Positions 51,882 to 63,132 of a DNA stretch of 64,000 bases are shown here, piece by piece. The notes under the pieces were generated by a model that worked only from the letters and a program-made list of their open reading frames with translations, ran no database searches and had not been told where the DNA came from. This DNA comes from Promethearchaeota archaeon (lineage in GTDB: Archaea > Asgardarchaeota > Lokiarchaeia > Sigyniarchaeales > SOKP01), in contig JBHLNF010000001.1 in the NCBI GenBank assembly GCA_048937405.1, forward strand, positions 320,001 through 384,000. Reading direction: 5' to 3'. The translations under genes were made by a program, and so were the position numbers. Position 1 is the first letter of the stretch, and every line of letters starts with the position of its first letter.

Positions 51882-52553
51882 ATGAGTTCTCTGGATAATG
51901 CAGAATCTGTTGTTCTTGAATTAGTAGAGGAATATTTGACAAAGAAAACCTTTTTTTCTTTAAGAGAAATTATCTCGTATATTAATAATAGAGTGAGATA
52001 TAAATCTAATATAAATGAGAATAGAATAGAATTAATCTTAAAGGATTTAATTAAACGACGTGTTATCATTCCTGGGACTAGATTAATGAAGAATAATATC
52101 ATAGAACATCCAAAAAGAAATGAAATTTTTAATTATATTAAAAAAAATCCATCAAATATCAATGAAATAATGAAAGCTTTGCATATTGGGAGTAACCAAG
52201 CTTTATGGCATTTATCATGCTTAGAAAAATTCCAATTTGTAAGGTCAAAGCAACTGAATAATCATAGAATTTTCTTCAAATTTGATTCAAATCCTAAATA
52301 TGACAAGCTATATTACTATTTAAAGAAGGATATAATTCAAAAAATAATCAATTTTATGAACCAAGAAAATAAAGGATTTAAAATTACAGAAATAGCATCT
52401 GGTTTGAAAAAGAATCACAATACGATTAAAAAATACTTAGATATCTTAACTAATCTAAAATTAGTGAAAATTGGAGGAGAGAGTAATAGAAAATTGTTTC
52501 AACTAAATAAAAAGAATTATGCAAAAGTTAGAAAATTAATTCAAGGTGTATGA
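51882..52553 (+). CDS. Multi winged-helix (ArsR-like) transcriptional regulator
   Basis: RNEIFNYIKKNP..WHLSCLEK and ITEIA..HNTIKKYLDIL HTH motifs. Confidence 0.85.
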   Translation: MSSLDNAESVVLELVEEYLTKKTFFSLREIISYINNRVRYKSNINENRIELILKDLIKRRVIIPGTRLMKNNIIEHPKRNEIFNYIKKNPSNINEIMKALHIGSNQALWHLSCLEKFQFVRSKQLNNHRIFFKFDSNPKYDKLYYYLKKDIIQKIINFMNQENKGFKITEIASGLKKNHNTIKKYLDILTNLKLVKIGGESNRKLFQLNKKNYAKVRKLIQGV

Positions 52554-52638
52554 ATATAAAAACTTCAAATTTATTCCAGTCCCATTTAAATTTTAATATG
52601 TATATTCTAATTTCAGAAAATGATCTAAACAAAAAATT

Positions 52639-53424
52639 ATGAGGAAAAATATTCGAATTATTAGTCTTGTTGCGCTCTATACTTTTTGTATTGCGATTTA
52701 TGCCTTTTTTATTTTATTTCGCATAGACAATTTTTCCTTATTTCTCATTTTCTCTATAGGTAGTGTTGCTGCACTGTCTAGTAGTACAGTATACACAGTT
52801 CTACATTCTAAAGGTAGTTGGGAAGCGAATATAAAGAAAAAAAAAAAATTACCTGAATCTAAATCAATTAAAATAAAACCAACAAATATGTTTGAAGATT
52901 ATATTAGTGCTATGCCTTCAATCGAAGAATATATTGAGTCAGAGGACTCTTATAAAGATAAATCAATAATAGATAAATACATCTTTTCAAAGTTTAGTCA
53001 AGAGGAAATAAACAATATAAATCTCCTAAATTTGTCAAATACAGATAAGATTCTTTTTATCCGAGAAATGCTATATTTTGATACTATTGAGAGAAAATCA
53101 TTAATCGAAAATATGTTGAGAAATCAAGATAAATATGATGAAGAAATAACTTATACAGCAAACTTAAACATAATAAATATTGAGGATCAAATTCGAGTTT
53201 ATATTAGATCGCTAGTTGAACCCGGTGAAAAAACAAAAATAATGATAATTGATACTAGTGAACTGGTAGGGATAATCAAAGAGGAAATTGGCAGATTATA
53301 TGATTATGATTTAAAAGCTTTTCTGCTATCTTCAGGAGGTGTGCTGTTAGATGAAAATTTACTTATCAGAGATTGTAATATTGATGATGATGATGAAATT
53401 GCGTTAATCCCCTCAAGAAAATAA
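52639..53424 (+). CDS. Membrane-anchored protein with C-terminal ubiquitin-like domain lacking the terminal Gly
   Basis: Two N-terminal TMs; C-terminus PGEK..IKE..LYD..FLLSSGGV.LDE..DDDEIALIPSRK aligns with the Ubls. Confidence 0.85.
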   Translation: MRKNIRIISLVALYTFCIAIYAFFILFRIDNFSLFLIFSIGSVAALSSSTVYTVLHSKGSWEANIKKKKKLPESKSIKIKPTNMFEDYISAMPSIEEYIESEDSYKDKSIIDKYIFSKFSQEEINNINLLNLSNTDKILFIREMLYFDTIERKSLIENMLRNQDKYDEEITYTANLNIINIEDQIRVYIRSLVEPGEKTKIMIIDTSELVGIIKEEIGRLYDYDLKAFLLSSGGVLLDENLLIRDCNIDDDDEIALIPSRK

Positions 53425-53481
53425 AAAAGTTAAAAATAAAACTAGGTTGTCTTATAATTGGTTGCTTTTTCTAAATATGAA

Positions 53482-53895
53482 TCAACCGGCTGTACTCGCC
53501 GGAATTAATAGTATATCGTCGCCATCATTAAGATTATAATCCAATAAAAGTGAATCCTCATCCATAGTAACCCCACCTGATGATAAATGAAAATCAGCTG
53601 GATCTAATCCAAATAAATTTGCAACCGTTTCTTTGATATCTCCCACATTATTACCTGTATTTACGTTTAATTTTTGTTTTTTTTCACCTGGACCTATGGT
53701 TGACATAAAGTATATTGAAATTCTTTTCCCTTCTGATATTACTCTTGTATCAGGAGTTTTGGATTCAATCACTTCTTCCGAACGTATTGAACTAGTATCT
53801 TCAACGTCATCATCTAAATTTTCGTCCAAATTTTCATCTAAATCGTCATCCAATTCCTCATCTAAATTTTCATCAAAATCCTCATCAAATTCCAT
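53482..53895 (-). CDS. Second ubiquitin-like protein (paralog of 16443-16781)
   Basis: YFMSTIGPGEKK..FHLSSGGVTMDE..DGDDILLIPASTAG; expanded acidic N-tail. Confidence 0.9.
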   Translation of the reverse strand: MEFDEDFDENLDEELDDDLDENLDENLDDDVEDTSSIRSEEVIESKTPDTRVISEGKRISIYFMSTIGPGEKKQKLNVNTGNNVGDIKETVANLFGLDPADFHLSSGGVTMDEDSLLLDYNLNDGDDILLIPASTAG

Positions 53896-54110
53896 ATATT
53901 CAACACCTAATTCATTTTTAATTTATTAAGTATAGTGAAAATTTTATCAGTTTTTTGTGTTTGCTTTATGAAAATTATAGAAGTTATAATTAATATATAA
54001 ATCGATTCTAAATATAAACAAATTGAAGTAATAGAAATTCAGATTGCAAACACTTTAGAGTAAGAATTTATATAATTTTATTAAAAGATATCATAACTTG
54101 TGAAAATGCC

Positions 54111-55247
54111 ATGAATGACGAGTCTATTCCCAAATATCAAATTCGAGAAAAAACACCTGAAGAGGAAATTGAATCATCTTTTGATAAGAAGATGTATAAA
54201 AAAATTAAAAAAGAAAGAATTAAGTTAGATAAAGAAAAAGGTGAATGGGAAAAAATTATTAAACAAATTCAAGATTATAAGGATAATATCGAAGATCTTG
54301 AAAAAAAAAGAAAAGAAAAAGAAATTGAAGTCAAAAACCTTCTTGAAAAACGTGATATTTTACAGGATGAATTAAAAAAAGCAAAGAATCAAGTTGAACA
54401 ACACAAAAACCAATTTGCTATCAAAGAAAGAGAATTCAGAGATAAGATTAGGCAGAAAAATGACGAATTAGACCAAAAGAATGCTGAATTAGAAAGATAT
54501 CGTGATAAATTAGATAAAATCAAGGAAGATATTGGGAATGAGAAAAGAATCTTAGATAAAGAAAAATTTAGAGCAGAAGGCCGTATTAAGGAAATAAAAA
54601 CAAAACTTCCAGGGATGGAAAGAAGAGAAGAGACTTTAAATAGGAATATCAATGATTTAGAGGATAAGTTAACGGATTTAAGAAATCAAATTAAAGATTT
54701 AACTAAAGAAAGAGATAATTTAGATAGAAATGTAAATAGTTTAAAAAGGGAAATAACTGATGAAAAAAATAGAATTTCTGATGAAAAGAGAAAACTTAAG
54801 GATGAAAGAGAAAAAACTCGTTATAAAAAGCAGGAACTAGATCTAAAAACACGTGATATAGATAAGAAAAAGGATAATCTCAAAAAGATCAAAGAAAAGA
54901 CTGAAAGAGATTTGAATGATTTAGAAAAAAGAAGACGACAAAATGAAGCAAGATTAAAAGACTTGCAGAGAAAAATTAATTCAGCAGAGAACAAATTTGA
55001 TTCACTAAATCGTAAAATTCCAAGTTTAGAGGATAAATTTAATAGATTAAATAACGATTATAGAAAACTAGAAAAAGAAAAGAATAGATTAGATAATGAG
55101 AAAAGTCTCATTAGCCGTGAAAGAGATAAATTAGAAAAAGATAAACAAAGATTTCTTAATGAAAAAAGAGATTTTGAAAGAGAATTAAGAAAGGCTAAAA
55201 CTATTCCAAAACATAAAATTAAATCAAAAACTCCTTCAAGATATTAA
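54111..55247 (+). CDS. Long coiled-coil protein
   Basis: Continuous K/E/R/D/L heptads; no ATPase motifs. Confidence 0.8.
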   Translation: MNDESIPKYQIREKTPEEEIESSFDKKMYKKIKKERIKLDKEKGEWEKIIKQIQDYKDNIEDLEKKRKEKEIEVKNLLEKRDILQDELKKAKNQVEQHKNQFAIKEREFRDKIRQKNDELDQKNAELERYRDKLDKIKEDIGNEKRILDKEKFRAEGRIKEIKTKLPGMERREETLNRNINDLEDKLTDLRNQIKDLTKERDNLDRNVNSLKREITDEKNRISDEKRKLKDEREKTRYKKQELDLKTRDIDKKKDNLKKIKEKTERDLNDLEKRRRQNEARLKDLQRKINSAENKFDSLNRKIPSLEDKFNRLNNDYRKLEKEKNRLDNEKSLISRERDKLEKDKQRFLNEKRDFERELRKAKTIPKHKIKSKTPSRY

Positions 55248-55267
55248 TTGTGTATATTGAAAACTCT

Positions 55268-56308
55268 ATGAAGATAATTGAAGGCATTGAAGGAGATTAT
55301 ATAGAAACAAAAGAAGATAACTTATTTTTTGATATAAAAGGTTTAACTCACCCAAATAATTTTAAGATTTGCTTTTTAAGATTTTTTCCTCATACAGATG
55401 GTGAACGTATAAAAAATAATATACACTTCAAAAAAGTATATGATTTGAATGAAAGATTTACTATTTTGCGAGAAAAATACCCTAAATATCTCCATTTTTC
55501 AAATCAACTTGACTTAGAAGTGCAAGGAGTTGAAACTAAGGATATAGCTAAAATTTATACACCAAGAGCTTTTTATAGGAGATTAACAAGAGAAAATAAC
55601 CTATCAGCTCTAGAAAAATATTCCAAGGATTTATGTGATTTATTTATTTCAGAAGGGAATCTTGATGAAAATTCCATAGGAATTTCTGGTTCAACAATGA
55701 TAAGATTAGATACTGAGGATTCAGACATCGATATAGTGATATATGGTACCGAAATTAGTTTAGAATTTCAAAAGAAATTAAAAGAAATATTTGAAAGAAC
55801 AAATAGATTACGAAAATATAATATTGACGAATATAAATCTCATTATAGTTGGCGTGTGGGTGGTTCAGATATCCAATTTCAGGATTTTTTAAAAAGTGAA
55901 AAAAGAAAGCAACATCAAGGTAAATTTGGAAACTACGATTTTTTTATTCGATATATTAAAAGCCCTAAAGATTGGAATGGGAATTTTTATGATTACAAAT
56001 ATAGTAACTGTGGAAGAATTAAATTAAAAGCAGAGATCATAGATTCTGAAAATTCAATTTTTACGCCTTGTTCATATAAAATAAATCCTGAAAAAATTAT
56101 TGAAAGAAGTGCTATATCAAAAAATGTCAAGATAAGAGAAATAAATGAAATTAATTCATTTAGAGGTCGTTTTTGTGAGCAAGCTCAAGAAGGAGAAAGA
56201 GTTATGGTTGAAGGAAAATTGGAAAAAGTTAATTTTAAGAATGCAATAGAGTATTATCGAATATTATTAACTGATCAAAAAAAAGATAAATTGCTTATTT
56301 TAAATTGA
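55268..56308 (+). CDS. Predicted nucleotidyltransferase (COG1665-like)
   Basis: GISGS......SDIDIVIYG Pol-beta motif; C-terminal OB-like V.GKLE. Confidence 0.8.
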   Translation: MKIIEGIEGDYIETKEDNLFFDIKGLTHPNNFKICFLRFFPHTDGERIKNNIHFKKVYDLNERFTILREKYPKYLHFSNQLDLEVQGVETKDIAKIYTPRAFYRRLTRENNLSALEKYSKDLCDLFISEGNLDENSIGISGSTMIRLDTEDSDIDIVIYGTEISLEFQKKLKEIFERTNRLRKYNIDEYKSHYSWRVGGSDIQFQDFLKSEKRKQHQGKFGNYDFFIRYIKSPKDWNGNFYDYKYSNCGRIKLKAEIIDSENSIFTPCSYKINPEKIIERSAISKNVKIREINEINSFRGRFCEQAQEGERVMVEGKLEKVNFKNAIEYYRILLTDQKKDKLLILN

Positions 56309-56367
56309 TTATAAATGATTAATGTGTTATTAAAATCTTTTTATTGAATTATGATTTTTTATATCTG

Positions 56368-57678
56368 ATGGATATTTTTAACGCTGATCTTCATATTCAT
56401 AGTCCTCATTCAATTGCAGTATCGAAATCATTGAATTTAGATACAATGTTGGAAACTTGCAGGAAAAAAGGTTTAAATATTTTAGGGACGGGTGATATTT
56501 TACAACCAGAATGGTTTAAATATATGGAAAATAATTTAGAAAAGCAAAAAGATGGTTCCTATTCATATAAAGACATTTTTTTTATCCTTCAAACAGAAAT
56601 TGAAGATTTAGAAAATATTCATCATGTAGTTATGTTTCCTGATTTCAATTCGGTTAAAGAAATTCAGAATAAATTGAAAAAATATTCTAAAAATATATTT
56701 GATGAATGGGGTGGAAGACCTAGAGTGAATTTATCACCTCCTGCTTTAGTTGAAGAAATATCGGATTCTGGAGGTATAGTTGGTCCAGCCCATGCATTTA
56801 CTCCTTTTAAAGCGATTTTCCGACAAGGAAAATTTAAGTCTCTTGAAGATTGTTATGAGGGAGCAGTTAAAAAAGTAAGTTTTATTGAATTAGGGCTTTC
56901 TGCTAATACAGATTTAGCAGACCGACTAGAATCACTAAAAAATGTTACTTTTCTAAGTAATAGCGACGCTCATTCACAAGATCCACGTTCTTTAGGAAGA
57001 GAATTTAACAAATTTGAAATTGAAAATCCTTCTTTTGATGAAGTTTTATCAGCCTTAAACAGAAAAAATGGAAGAAAAGTTAATCTTAATATCGGTTTAA
57101 ACCCAAAGCTAGGAAAATATTACACTATGTTTTGTAATAAATGTAGAAGAAGGATTTTATTTAAGAATGTAAAGAAAAAAGGAAATTCAATCTTTAGTCA
57201 ATACTCAGTTACAGAGAATTTTGTTATATACTATTCTAACGATCCTATTTCTTCAAGATTAGATTATCTAGAACAAGTTTCTAAAAATAAATTGAATTGT
57301 CCAGCATGTAAAGAGGAATTAAATAAAAATTTCAAAGTTAAATTAGGAGTAAGTGAAAGGATTGAAAAAATTTCGACGTTTTCAGAACCTAATCATCCAG
57401 ATCATAGACCTCCCTATGTCAATGCCGTGCCATTAATTGATATTATTAGATCTATAAAAGCTATTAAAAGTACAAATAGTAAAACAGTTTTAAATCAATA
57501 TAATAAGATAATTCAAGAACTTGGCACAGAATTTGAAATTTTAATAGATATATCGATCAATAAGATTGAAGATTTTGATCATAATATAGCTTTAGTTGTA
57601 CAAGCTCTTAGGAATAATGAAATCGAATATACTCCAGGAGGGGGAGGTACATATGGTCAAATTAATTTACAAATATAG
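56368..57678 (+). CDS. PHP-family phosphoesterase with zinc ribbon (endonuclease Q-like)
   Basis: ADLHIHS, GTGD, PAHAFTP, ELGLSA, NSDAHS, LGRE, LGKY, GVSERI, PGGGGTYG. Confidence 0.88.
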   Translation: MDIFNADLHIHSPHSIAVSKSLNLDTMLETCRKKGLNILGTGDILQPEWFKYMENNLEKQKDGSYSYKDIFFILQTEIEDLENIHHVVMFPDFNSVKEIQNKLKKYSKNIFDEWGGRPRVNLSPPALVEEISDSGGIVGPAHAFTPFKAIFRQGKFKSLEDCYEGAVKKVSFIELGLSANTDLADRLESLKNVTFLSNSDAHSQDPRSLGREFNKFEIENPSFDEVLSALNRKNGRKVNLNIGLNPKLGKYYTMFCNKCRRRILFKNVKKKGNSIFSQYSVTENFVIYYSNDPISSRLDYLEQVSKNKLNCPACKEELNKNFKVKLGVSERIEKISTFSEPNHPDHRPPYVNAVPLIDIIRSIKAIKSTNSKTVLNQYNKIIQELGTEFEILIDISINKIEDFDHNIALVVQALRNNEIEYTPGGGGTYGQINLQI

Positions 57679-57758
57679 AAATAAGCAAAATTAATATTAG
57701 ATAAGACTTTCATTATATACTGCTTAGAATAGAGGGTATAAGACAAATTATTAATGAT

Positions 57759-57998
57759 TCAAATCGAGAATTCCAAATCAAGTTTTAAGAGTTCACCGCA
57801 TTTATTGCAAGTTAACCAATCGAAGACTTTGAACGAAACCACCATCATCTCCATTTCCTTCCTTAGAAATTGATTTTTAAACTTTTTTTTGTAGTCACCA
57901 TTTGGACAAGTAATTATTGCTCTGACCTTTATTAGATCATTACTCCTTGAGTTTTCTAGAGACTCTTCGCTACCAGATTTTGTGTTATCAATTTCCAT
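57759..57998 (-). CDS. Small zinc-binding hypothetical protein
   Basis: CPNG...CNKCG. Confidence 0.6.
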   Translation of the reverse strand: MEIDNTKSGSEESLENSRSNDLIKVRAIITCPNGDYKKKFKNQFLRKEMEMMVVSFKVFDWLTCNKCGELLKLDLEFSI

Positions 57999-58223
57999 AT
58001 TTAATCTTACCCCTAAAACATGATTAACATGATAACAAAGACTTATAAATTTTATTCAAATAATCTTTGTCTTTTATTTCAGATGAAAAAACAGATTGAA
58101 ACATAATATTATTTTACAAATTTACGGAGTAATATTTCACTGATAATATCTTCATATTACTGTTCTTATTATTTAATCAATATTATCTTTATATTATACT
58201 GATATTTTTCTTGATGATATAGC

Positions 58224-59369
58224 ATGAGTGTGGATGATATTTTAGAATTGGCTAAAAAACGATCTTCGGTAAGAGATAGATTTAATCAAATAGCACAACA
58301 TAACCAGAATCCCAATGTTAATCCTAATTGTGATGATGATAAATATTTAGCAGATCTTTTAAAGGTTTTAAAAATCAAAACATACGTGGTTGGCGTTGGC
58401 GGAGCTGGTAATAATACAGTCTCACGATTAGAAGATATGGGGATTAACCATGCGGAATCTGTTGTAATTAATACTGATGCCCATGATTTATATTATTCCA
58501 ATTCGAAACATAAAATACTTATTGGAAAAGAACGATGCAATGGGTTAGGTTCTGGAAATGACCCTCGAGTAGGGGCTGAAGCTGCAGAAGAAGACCGTGA
58601 GCGGTTAAATCAGTCATTAAACGCTGATATTGTCTTTCTAACGTGTGGTTTAGGTGGTGGTACAGGTACAGGAGCGGCTCCTATTGTAGCAGAAGAAGCA
58701 AAAAAGAATAATGCTATAGTTGTTACTTTTTGTTCACTCCCGTTTACATCTGAAGGGAAACAGAGATTAGAAAGAGCAAAATTAGGTTTAAAGAACCTAG
58801 CAAAATATTCTGATTTTCTTATTCCAATTCCAAATGACAACTTATTAGGAATTGTGGGAAAAATCCCCATGATTACTGGGTTTAAAATCATGGACGAAGT
58901 ATTAATAAGAAATATAGGTGAAGTTGTAAATTTGATTAATAACTGCGGGTTAGTTAATATCGATTTTGCTGATGTAAAAAAGACTCTTCTGGAAAATCCT
59001 GCTGGAAAATATCCCTCGGGATTAGTTGGTATAGCGGAATGTATAGGAGATGAGGCAGATCTAGTTGATAAAGCAAGATTAGCTTTGAACAATCCTCTTT
59101 TACAACCAGATCCAAATCAAGTAAATAGATGCTTAGTATCAGTTACAGGAGATCATACTTTGACATTATCCAAGGTAGATAAGGTAATTTCTACAATTTC
59201 AAATGAAATTCCAGAAGTAGCTCAATTAAAATTTGGAGTTCAAAATAATCCAGATATGGGATCTAAAATAAAAATTATGGTCTTAGCAAATGGTCCGGTA
59301 TCGCCCTATGTGCGAGATGCTGTAGATTCAGATATTAGTTTTGCGCAACCAAATATTGTCGGATTCTAA
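58224..59369 (+). CDS. ftsZ: Cell division GTPase FtsZ
   Basis: GVGGAGNN, INTD, GLGGGTGTG, PFTSEG, PNDNL, NIDFADV. Confidence 0.95.
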   Translation: MSVDDILELAKKRSSVRDRFNQIAQHNQNPNVNPNCDDDKYLADLLKVLKIKTYVVGVGGAGNNTVSRLEDMGINHAESVVINTDAHDLYYSNSKHKILIGKERCNGLGSGNDPRVGAEAAEEDRERLNQSLNADIVFLTCGLGGGTGTGAAPIVAEEAKKNNAIVVTFCSLPFTSEGKQRLERAKLGLKNLAKYSDFLIPIPNDNLLGIVGKIPMITGFKIMDEVLIRNIGEVVNLINNCGLVNIDFADVKKTLLENPAGKYPSGLVGIAECIGDEADLVDKARLALNNPLLQPDPNQVNRCLVSVTGDHTLTLSKVDKVISTISNEIPEVAQLKFGVQNNPDMGSKIKIMVLANGPVSPYVRDAVDSDISFAQPNIVGF

Positions 59370-59465
59370 AAAAATATTGGAATATTTTTCTATTTTTTAT
59401 AAATTTATCAACATTTATTCATTTTTATCAGTATGTAAAATTAGATTAAATCGGAATTTCTAAAA

Positions 59466-59912
59466 ATGAATAATCAAGATATGCCTAAAGAAGAACTTAA
59501 AAGAGAAATCCGTAATTTTTTGGATGAAAGGAAAGTATTGGTTCTCTGTACATGTCATAATAATATTCCTCGTGCTACTCCAATGGACTTTTATACTGAA
59601 AAACATAGTTTTAACATTTATGTTGGTCCGACTCCTGGAAGGAAAGTTAAAAATATCCAAGCTAATCCAATTGTGAGTATAGGTATATATACTCCTATGT
59701 CTGAAGGAAAAATTCAAGGTATGCAAATTACAGCCGAAGGTAAAGATAATTTGATTTTTTTAAAAGAAGGAGATGCAGAATTTGAAAAAGCACAAAAAAT
59801 AGTTCGGGGAAAAAGAAAACTAATTTTAAAATTAATACCTGAAAAAATTGAATTACTTGATTATAATTTCATTAATAGGGGATATGCTCGTCTGCAATGT
59901 TTAGATTTATAA
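59466..59912 (+). CDS. Pyridoxamine 5'-phosphate oxidase-like split-barrel protein
   Basis: LCT....PRATP...KVKNIQANP.VS. Confidence 0.85.
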   Translation: MNNQDMPKEELKREIRNFLDERKVLVLCTCHNNIPRATPMDFYTEKHSFNIYVGPTPGRKVKNIQANPIVSIGIYTPMSEGKIQGMQITAEGKDNLIFLKEGDAEFEKAQKIVRGKRKLILKLIPEKIELLDYNFINRGYARLQCLDL

Positions 59913-60106
59913 TTAAAAAATTCCTCAAATTAAATTATAGATTAGCTGAAATTAAAGAATTCTAAAGTTAAAGCATTTCCTACTATTTACAGAAAAAATT
60001 CAATCTTCTCGAGTAAAAAAAAACTTAAAATCTCTAAAATTTATTTTTATTATTAATAAAAACAAGTAATTATTTTGCTGAAATACTCATTAAAAGGATA
60101 ATTATT

Positions 60107-61039
60107 ATGGATTATACAATACTAGGACGTACTGGGTTAAAAGTAAGTGAAATGGGTATGGGATGTGGGGGTCCAAGTCGCATAGGTCAGAATACAGGAA
60201 AGAGTGAAGAAGTATCTATTTCTCTAGTTAAACATGCTTTGGAGTCTGGGATAAATTTCATTGACACAGCTGAAGTATACAAAACTGAGAAAATTGTTGG
60301 TCAAGCTATTAAAGTTATAGATCGTAAATCTCTCGTGATTTCAACTAAAAAATCAACATGGGGTAATTTAACACCAAAAAATGTACAAAAAAGCATTGAA
60401 AGGAGTCTTAAGAATCTTGGTACAGATTATATTGATATATATCACCTCCATGGAGTAATTTTGCAAGATTATAATTATTTAGTTTCAGAAATTGTTCCAA
60501 CAATTCTAGAATTGCGGGATCAGGATAAAATACGATTTATAGGGATTACAGAAAGGTTTAATCACGATCCACAGCATAAAATGTTACAACGAGCATTGCA
60601 AGATGATATTTGGGATGTAATGATGGTTGGTTTTAATATTTTAAACCAATCTGCTCGTGAACGTGTTCTAGCAAGAGCAATAGAAAAAAACATAGGGATT
60701 TTGGTTATGTTTGCTGTTCGTCTGGCACTTAGTAGACCTAAACGACTTAGAGGGTGTATAGAGGATTTAATTAAAAATAAGCAGGTAAAATCTACTGATA
60801 TCGACAGAAATACACTCCTAGATTTTCTCATTCATGAAAATGGAGCCAAAAATTTAGTTGATGCTGCTTATCGTTTCTGTCGTTATGAACCAGGAACCCA
60901 TGTCATTCTTTCTGGAACTGGAAATCTTGATCATTTAAAGGCAAATATTGAATCCTTTTCGAGACCAGCGCTTCCACAGGAAGATATAACTAAACTTCAG
61001 AAAATATTCCAGAATGTTGATTCAATTTCTGGTCAATAG
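60107..61039 (+). CDS. Aldo/keto reductase
   Basis: LGRTGLKVS, GINFIDTAEVY, ISTK, SLKNLGTDYIDIYHLH. Confidence 0.93.
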   Translation: MDYTILGRTGLKVSEMGMGCGGPSRIGQNTGKSEEVSISLVKHALESGINFIDTAEVYKTEKIVGQAIKVIDRKSLVISTKKSTWGNLTPKNVQKSIERSLKNLGTDYIDIYHLHGVILQDYNYLVSEIVPTILELRDQDKIRFIGITERFNHDPQHKMLQRALQDDIWDVMMVGFNILNQSARERVLARAIEKNIGILVMFAVRLALSRPKRLRGCIEDLIKNKQVKSTDIDRNTLLDFLIHENGAKNLVDAAYRFCRYEPGTHVILSGTGNLDHLKANIESFSRPALPQEDITKLQKIFQNVDSISGQ

Positions 61040-61306
61040 GATTTCGTCTAAATATGAATATACATTTCAAACCTAAAATAAATTTTTTAGGAAATGAATA
61101 ATTAGAATCTCCAATAATTACAAATCACTAGGTTTGAAACATAATACTCTCACAATAACATATTAATCAACTGAACTGCTTAATTATGATTTCGCCTAAA
61201 AAGGTTATTCACAATTAAAGTTTTGAATATAAATTAAATAAGAAACATAACAATCAGAATTTAGATAGATAATATTAAATTCAAGAAAAATAGATTTATA
61301 TTTCTT

Positions 61307-61687
61307 ATGATTCCTTCAAAGAAAATAATCCCTCTATTAAGAAAGATACTCAAAGGCGATCAAGGTATAAAAGCAATTTATATAACAGATGAATCTGGAG
61401 AGATAATTGCTAATACAATCAACGAGTCTTTTCAATTAAATGATATAGAATTTTTTGCTAAAAAAAGTGTTATAATCTATAAAGGATTGAAAAAGATTGA
61501 AAATTCACAAATTATTGGAGATTTTAATTATCTTACAGCAGAATTCTATGAAAATGGTAGAATCACTTATATTTCTTTGAAAAACCATGTTGTAGTAATA
61601 ATAGGTGAATATTGTCCTAATGTAGGGATGATACGTGTCATAATAAGAAGTGTCCGCGAGGAATTAACTAAAATTCTTTATGGGTAA
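61307..61687 (+). CDS. Roadblock/LC7-like (profilin-fold) protein
   Basis: 126 aa; GIKAIYITDESGEIIA ... NVGMIR..IR pattern. Confidence 0.7.
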   Translation: MIPSKKIIPLLRKILKGDQGIKAIYITDESGEIIANTINESFQLNDIEFFAKKSVIIYKGLKKIENSQIIGDFNYLTAEFYENGRITYISLKNHVVVIIGEYCPNVGMIRVIIRSVREELTKILYG

Positions 61688-62357
61688 AAATTGATTGCTT
61701 TGGAGGATTTTAATATTGGCTTTTATCTGAAATATATTATAGATAAAATCGTTGATTTATATAAAAGAAAGATATTCTCTATAATTGACTAATATAGTGA
61801 TAAAATAACCATAAACTTAAGAAATTTGGATAAGGGTTCAGTTTAATTACTTGTCATTCAGTTTTAAACACTACTTTTTCAGGAGGGCATACCACGGGGG
61901 AGGGTGGAAATAGAGTTAATAAAAAAGTGTTTTACTAATTTAATCTTCTATAGGATACCAAGCTGTTAAATCTATTCTGTTAAAATCAAGAATAATCTCT
62001 TCACATTCTCCTATATTCCTTTCCTCAATTTTTGAAATATCTCCATAAGATATAGATCCTATAGTTTAACAAGGTTATCTTCCTGGATATTAAAAATAAA
62101 ATATTTAAGACTACTAAAACTGAATTGAGAGATAAGAATAAGATTAGAAATTCTATAGAATCTAGAAAATTTGAAATTTATATTCTTAATAAATATTATT
62201 CTTAAAAACCTCAACTAATTATAAATAACCTGTAATTGAAACCTAATAATAGGTAAATGCATGTATTGTATGTACTATGTGTCGATTTCTTAACAAAATT
62301 GTAAATCCTTAAATATAATTTTGGTTTAACAATATTATTCAAAAAAAGGGTGTTACA

Positions 62358-63107
62358 TTGGGAAAAGATGGGAACTATGGTTTAGACTATTGGAATAATA
62401 AGTGGAAAAAAAATCAAATCATTTATGCAAAAAGACCTTTAAGGGGCGATTCTTATTCAAAAGAAATTTCTATTGATGTAAAGAGTTTCATTAAAAAAAA
62501 TGATGTAATTATTCAGAATAAAATTAAAGAACATAATTTAATAAGGAATAATAATAATGATACTGCTATTGCGTGTCAGAATTTTGTATGTGGTTTTCTT
62601 CGCTATCGATATGATGATATTTTAGCAGAATGTCCTGAGTTTTGGCAATTTCCTTATGAAACAATTCAATCAAAAATAGGAGATTGCGAAGATGGGGCGA
62701 TTTTAATGTCATCATTGATGATCAATGCGGGGATTCCTTCTTGGAGAGTAAAAGTATGCGTAGGGCATGTTTTAACGGATCCAGTATTTACTCTATCAGA
62801 AACCAAAGTAGGAGGACATGCCTATTGTATTTATCTTGCTGATATAGAAAATTCTGACAGGAAATTAGAGTGGGTCATACTCGATTGGTGCTATTTACAG
62901 GACCCTGAATTATCAATCGAGGAAAAACCCTTAGCTCGAGATGGCGGTCAAGAAAGTGCATATAAAGATATATGGTTTACTTTTAATGATGAATTTAGTT
63001 GGAGTCCAGAATCATTTAAGATTAAATCAGATAGAATTAGTAAACGACGTGAAATAATAAAAGAAGAAGCTTTAGCTACACCAGAAAATTTGGAAATGAA
63101 TAATTAA
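62358..63107 (+). CDS. Transglutaminase-like cysteine protease domain protein
   Basis: WQFPYETI...GDCEDGAIL, GHAY, WVILDW triad. Confidence 0.85.
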   Translation: MGKDGNYGLDYWNNKWKKNQIIYAKRPLRGDSYSKEISIDVKSFIKKNDVIIQNKIKEHNLIRNNNNDTAIACQNFVCGFLRYRYDDILAECPEFWQFPYETIQSKIGDCEDGAILMSSLMINAGIPSWRVKVCVGHVLTDPVFTLSETKVGGHAYCIYLADIENSDRKLEWVILDWCYLQDPELSIEEKPLARDGGQESAYKDIWFTFNDEFSWSPESFKIKSDRISKRREIIKEEALATPENLEMNN

Positions 63108-63132
63108 AAGCAAAAAATTGAGGATATTTTAA

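Noticed and set aside
54111-55247. SMC/Rad50 or ESCRT call for the coiled-coil protein
   Set aside because: No Walker motifs, hinge or recognisable Snf7 features.
61865-61932. GC-rich patch flanked by a weak AAACAC/GTGTTT inverted repeat
   Set aside because: Single copy with no convincing internal fold or known motif.
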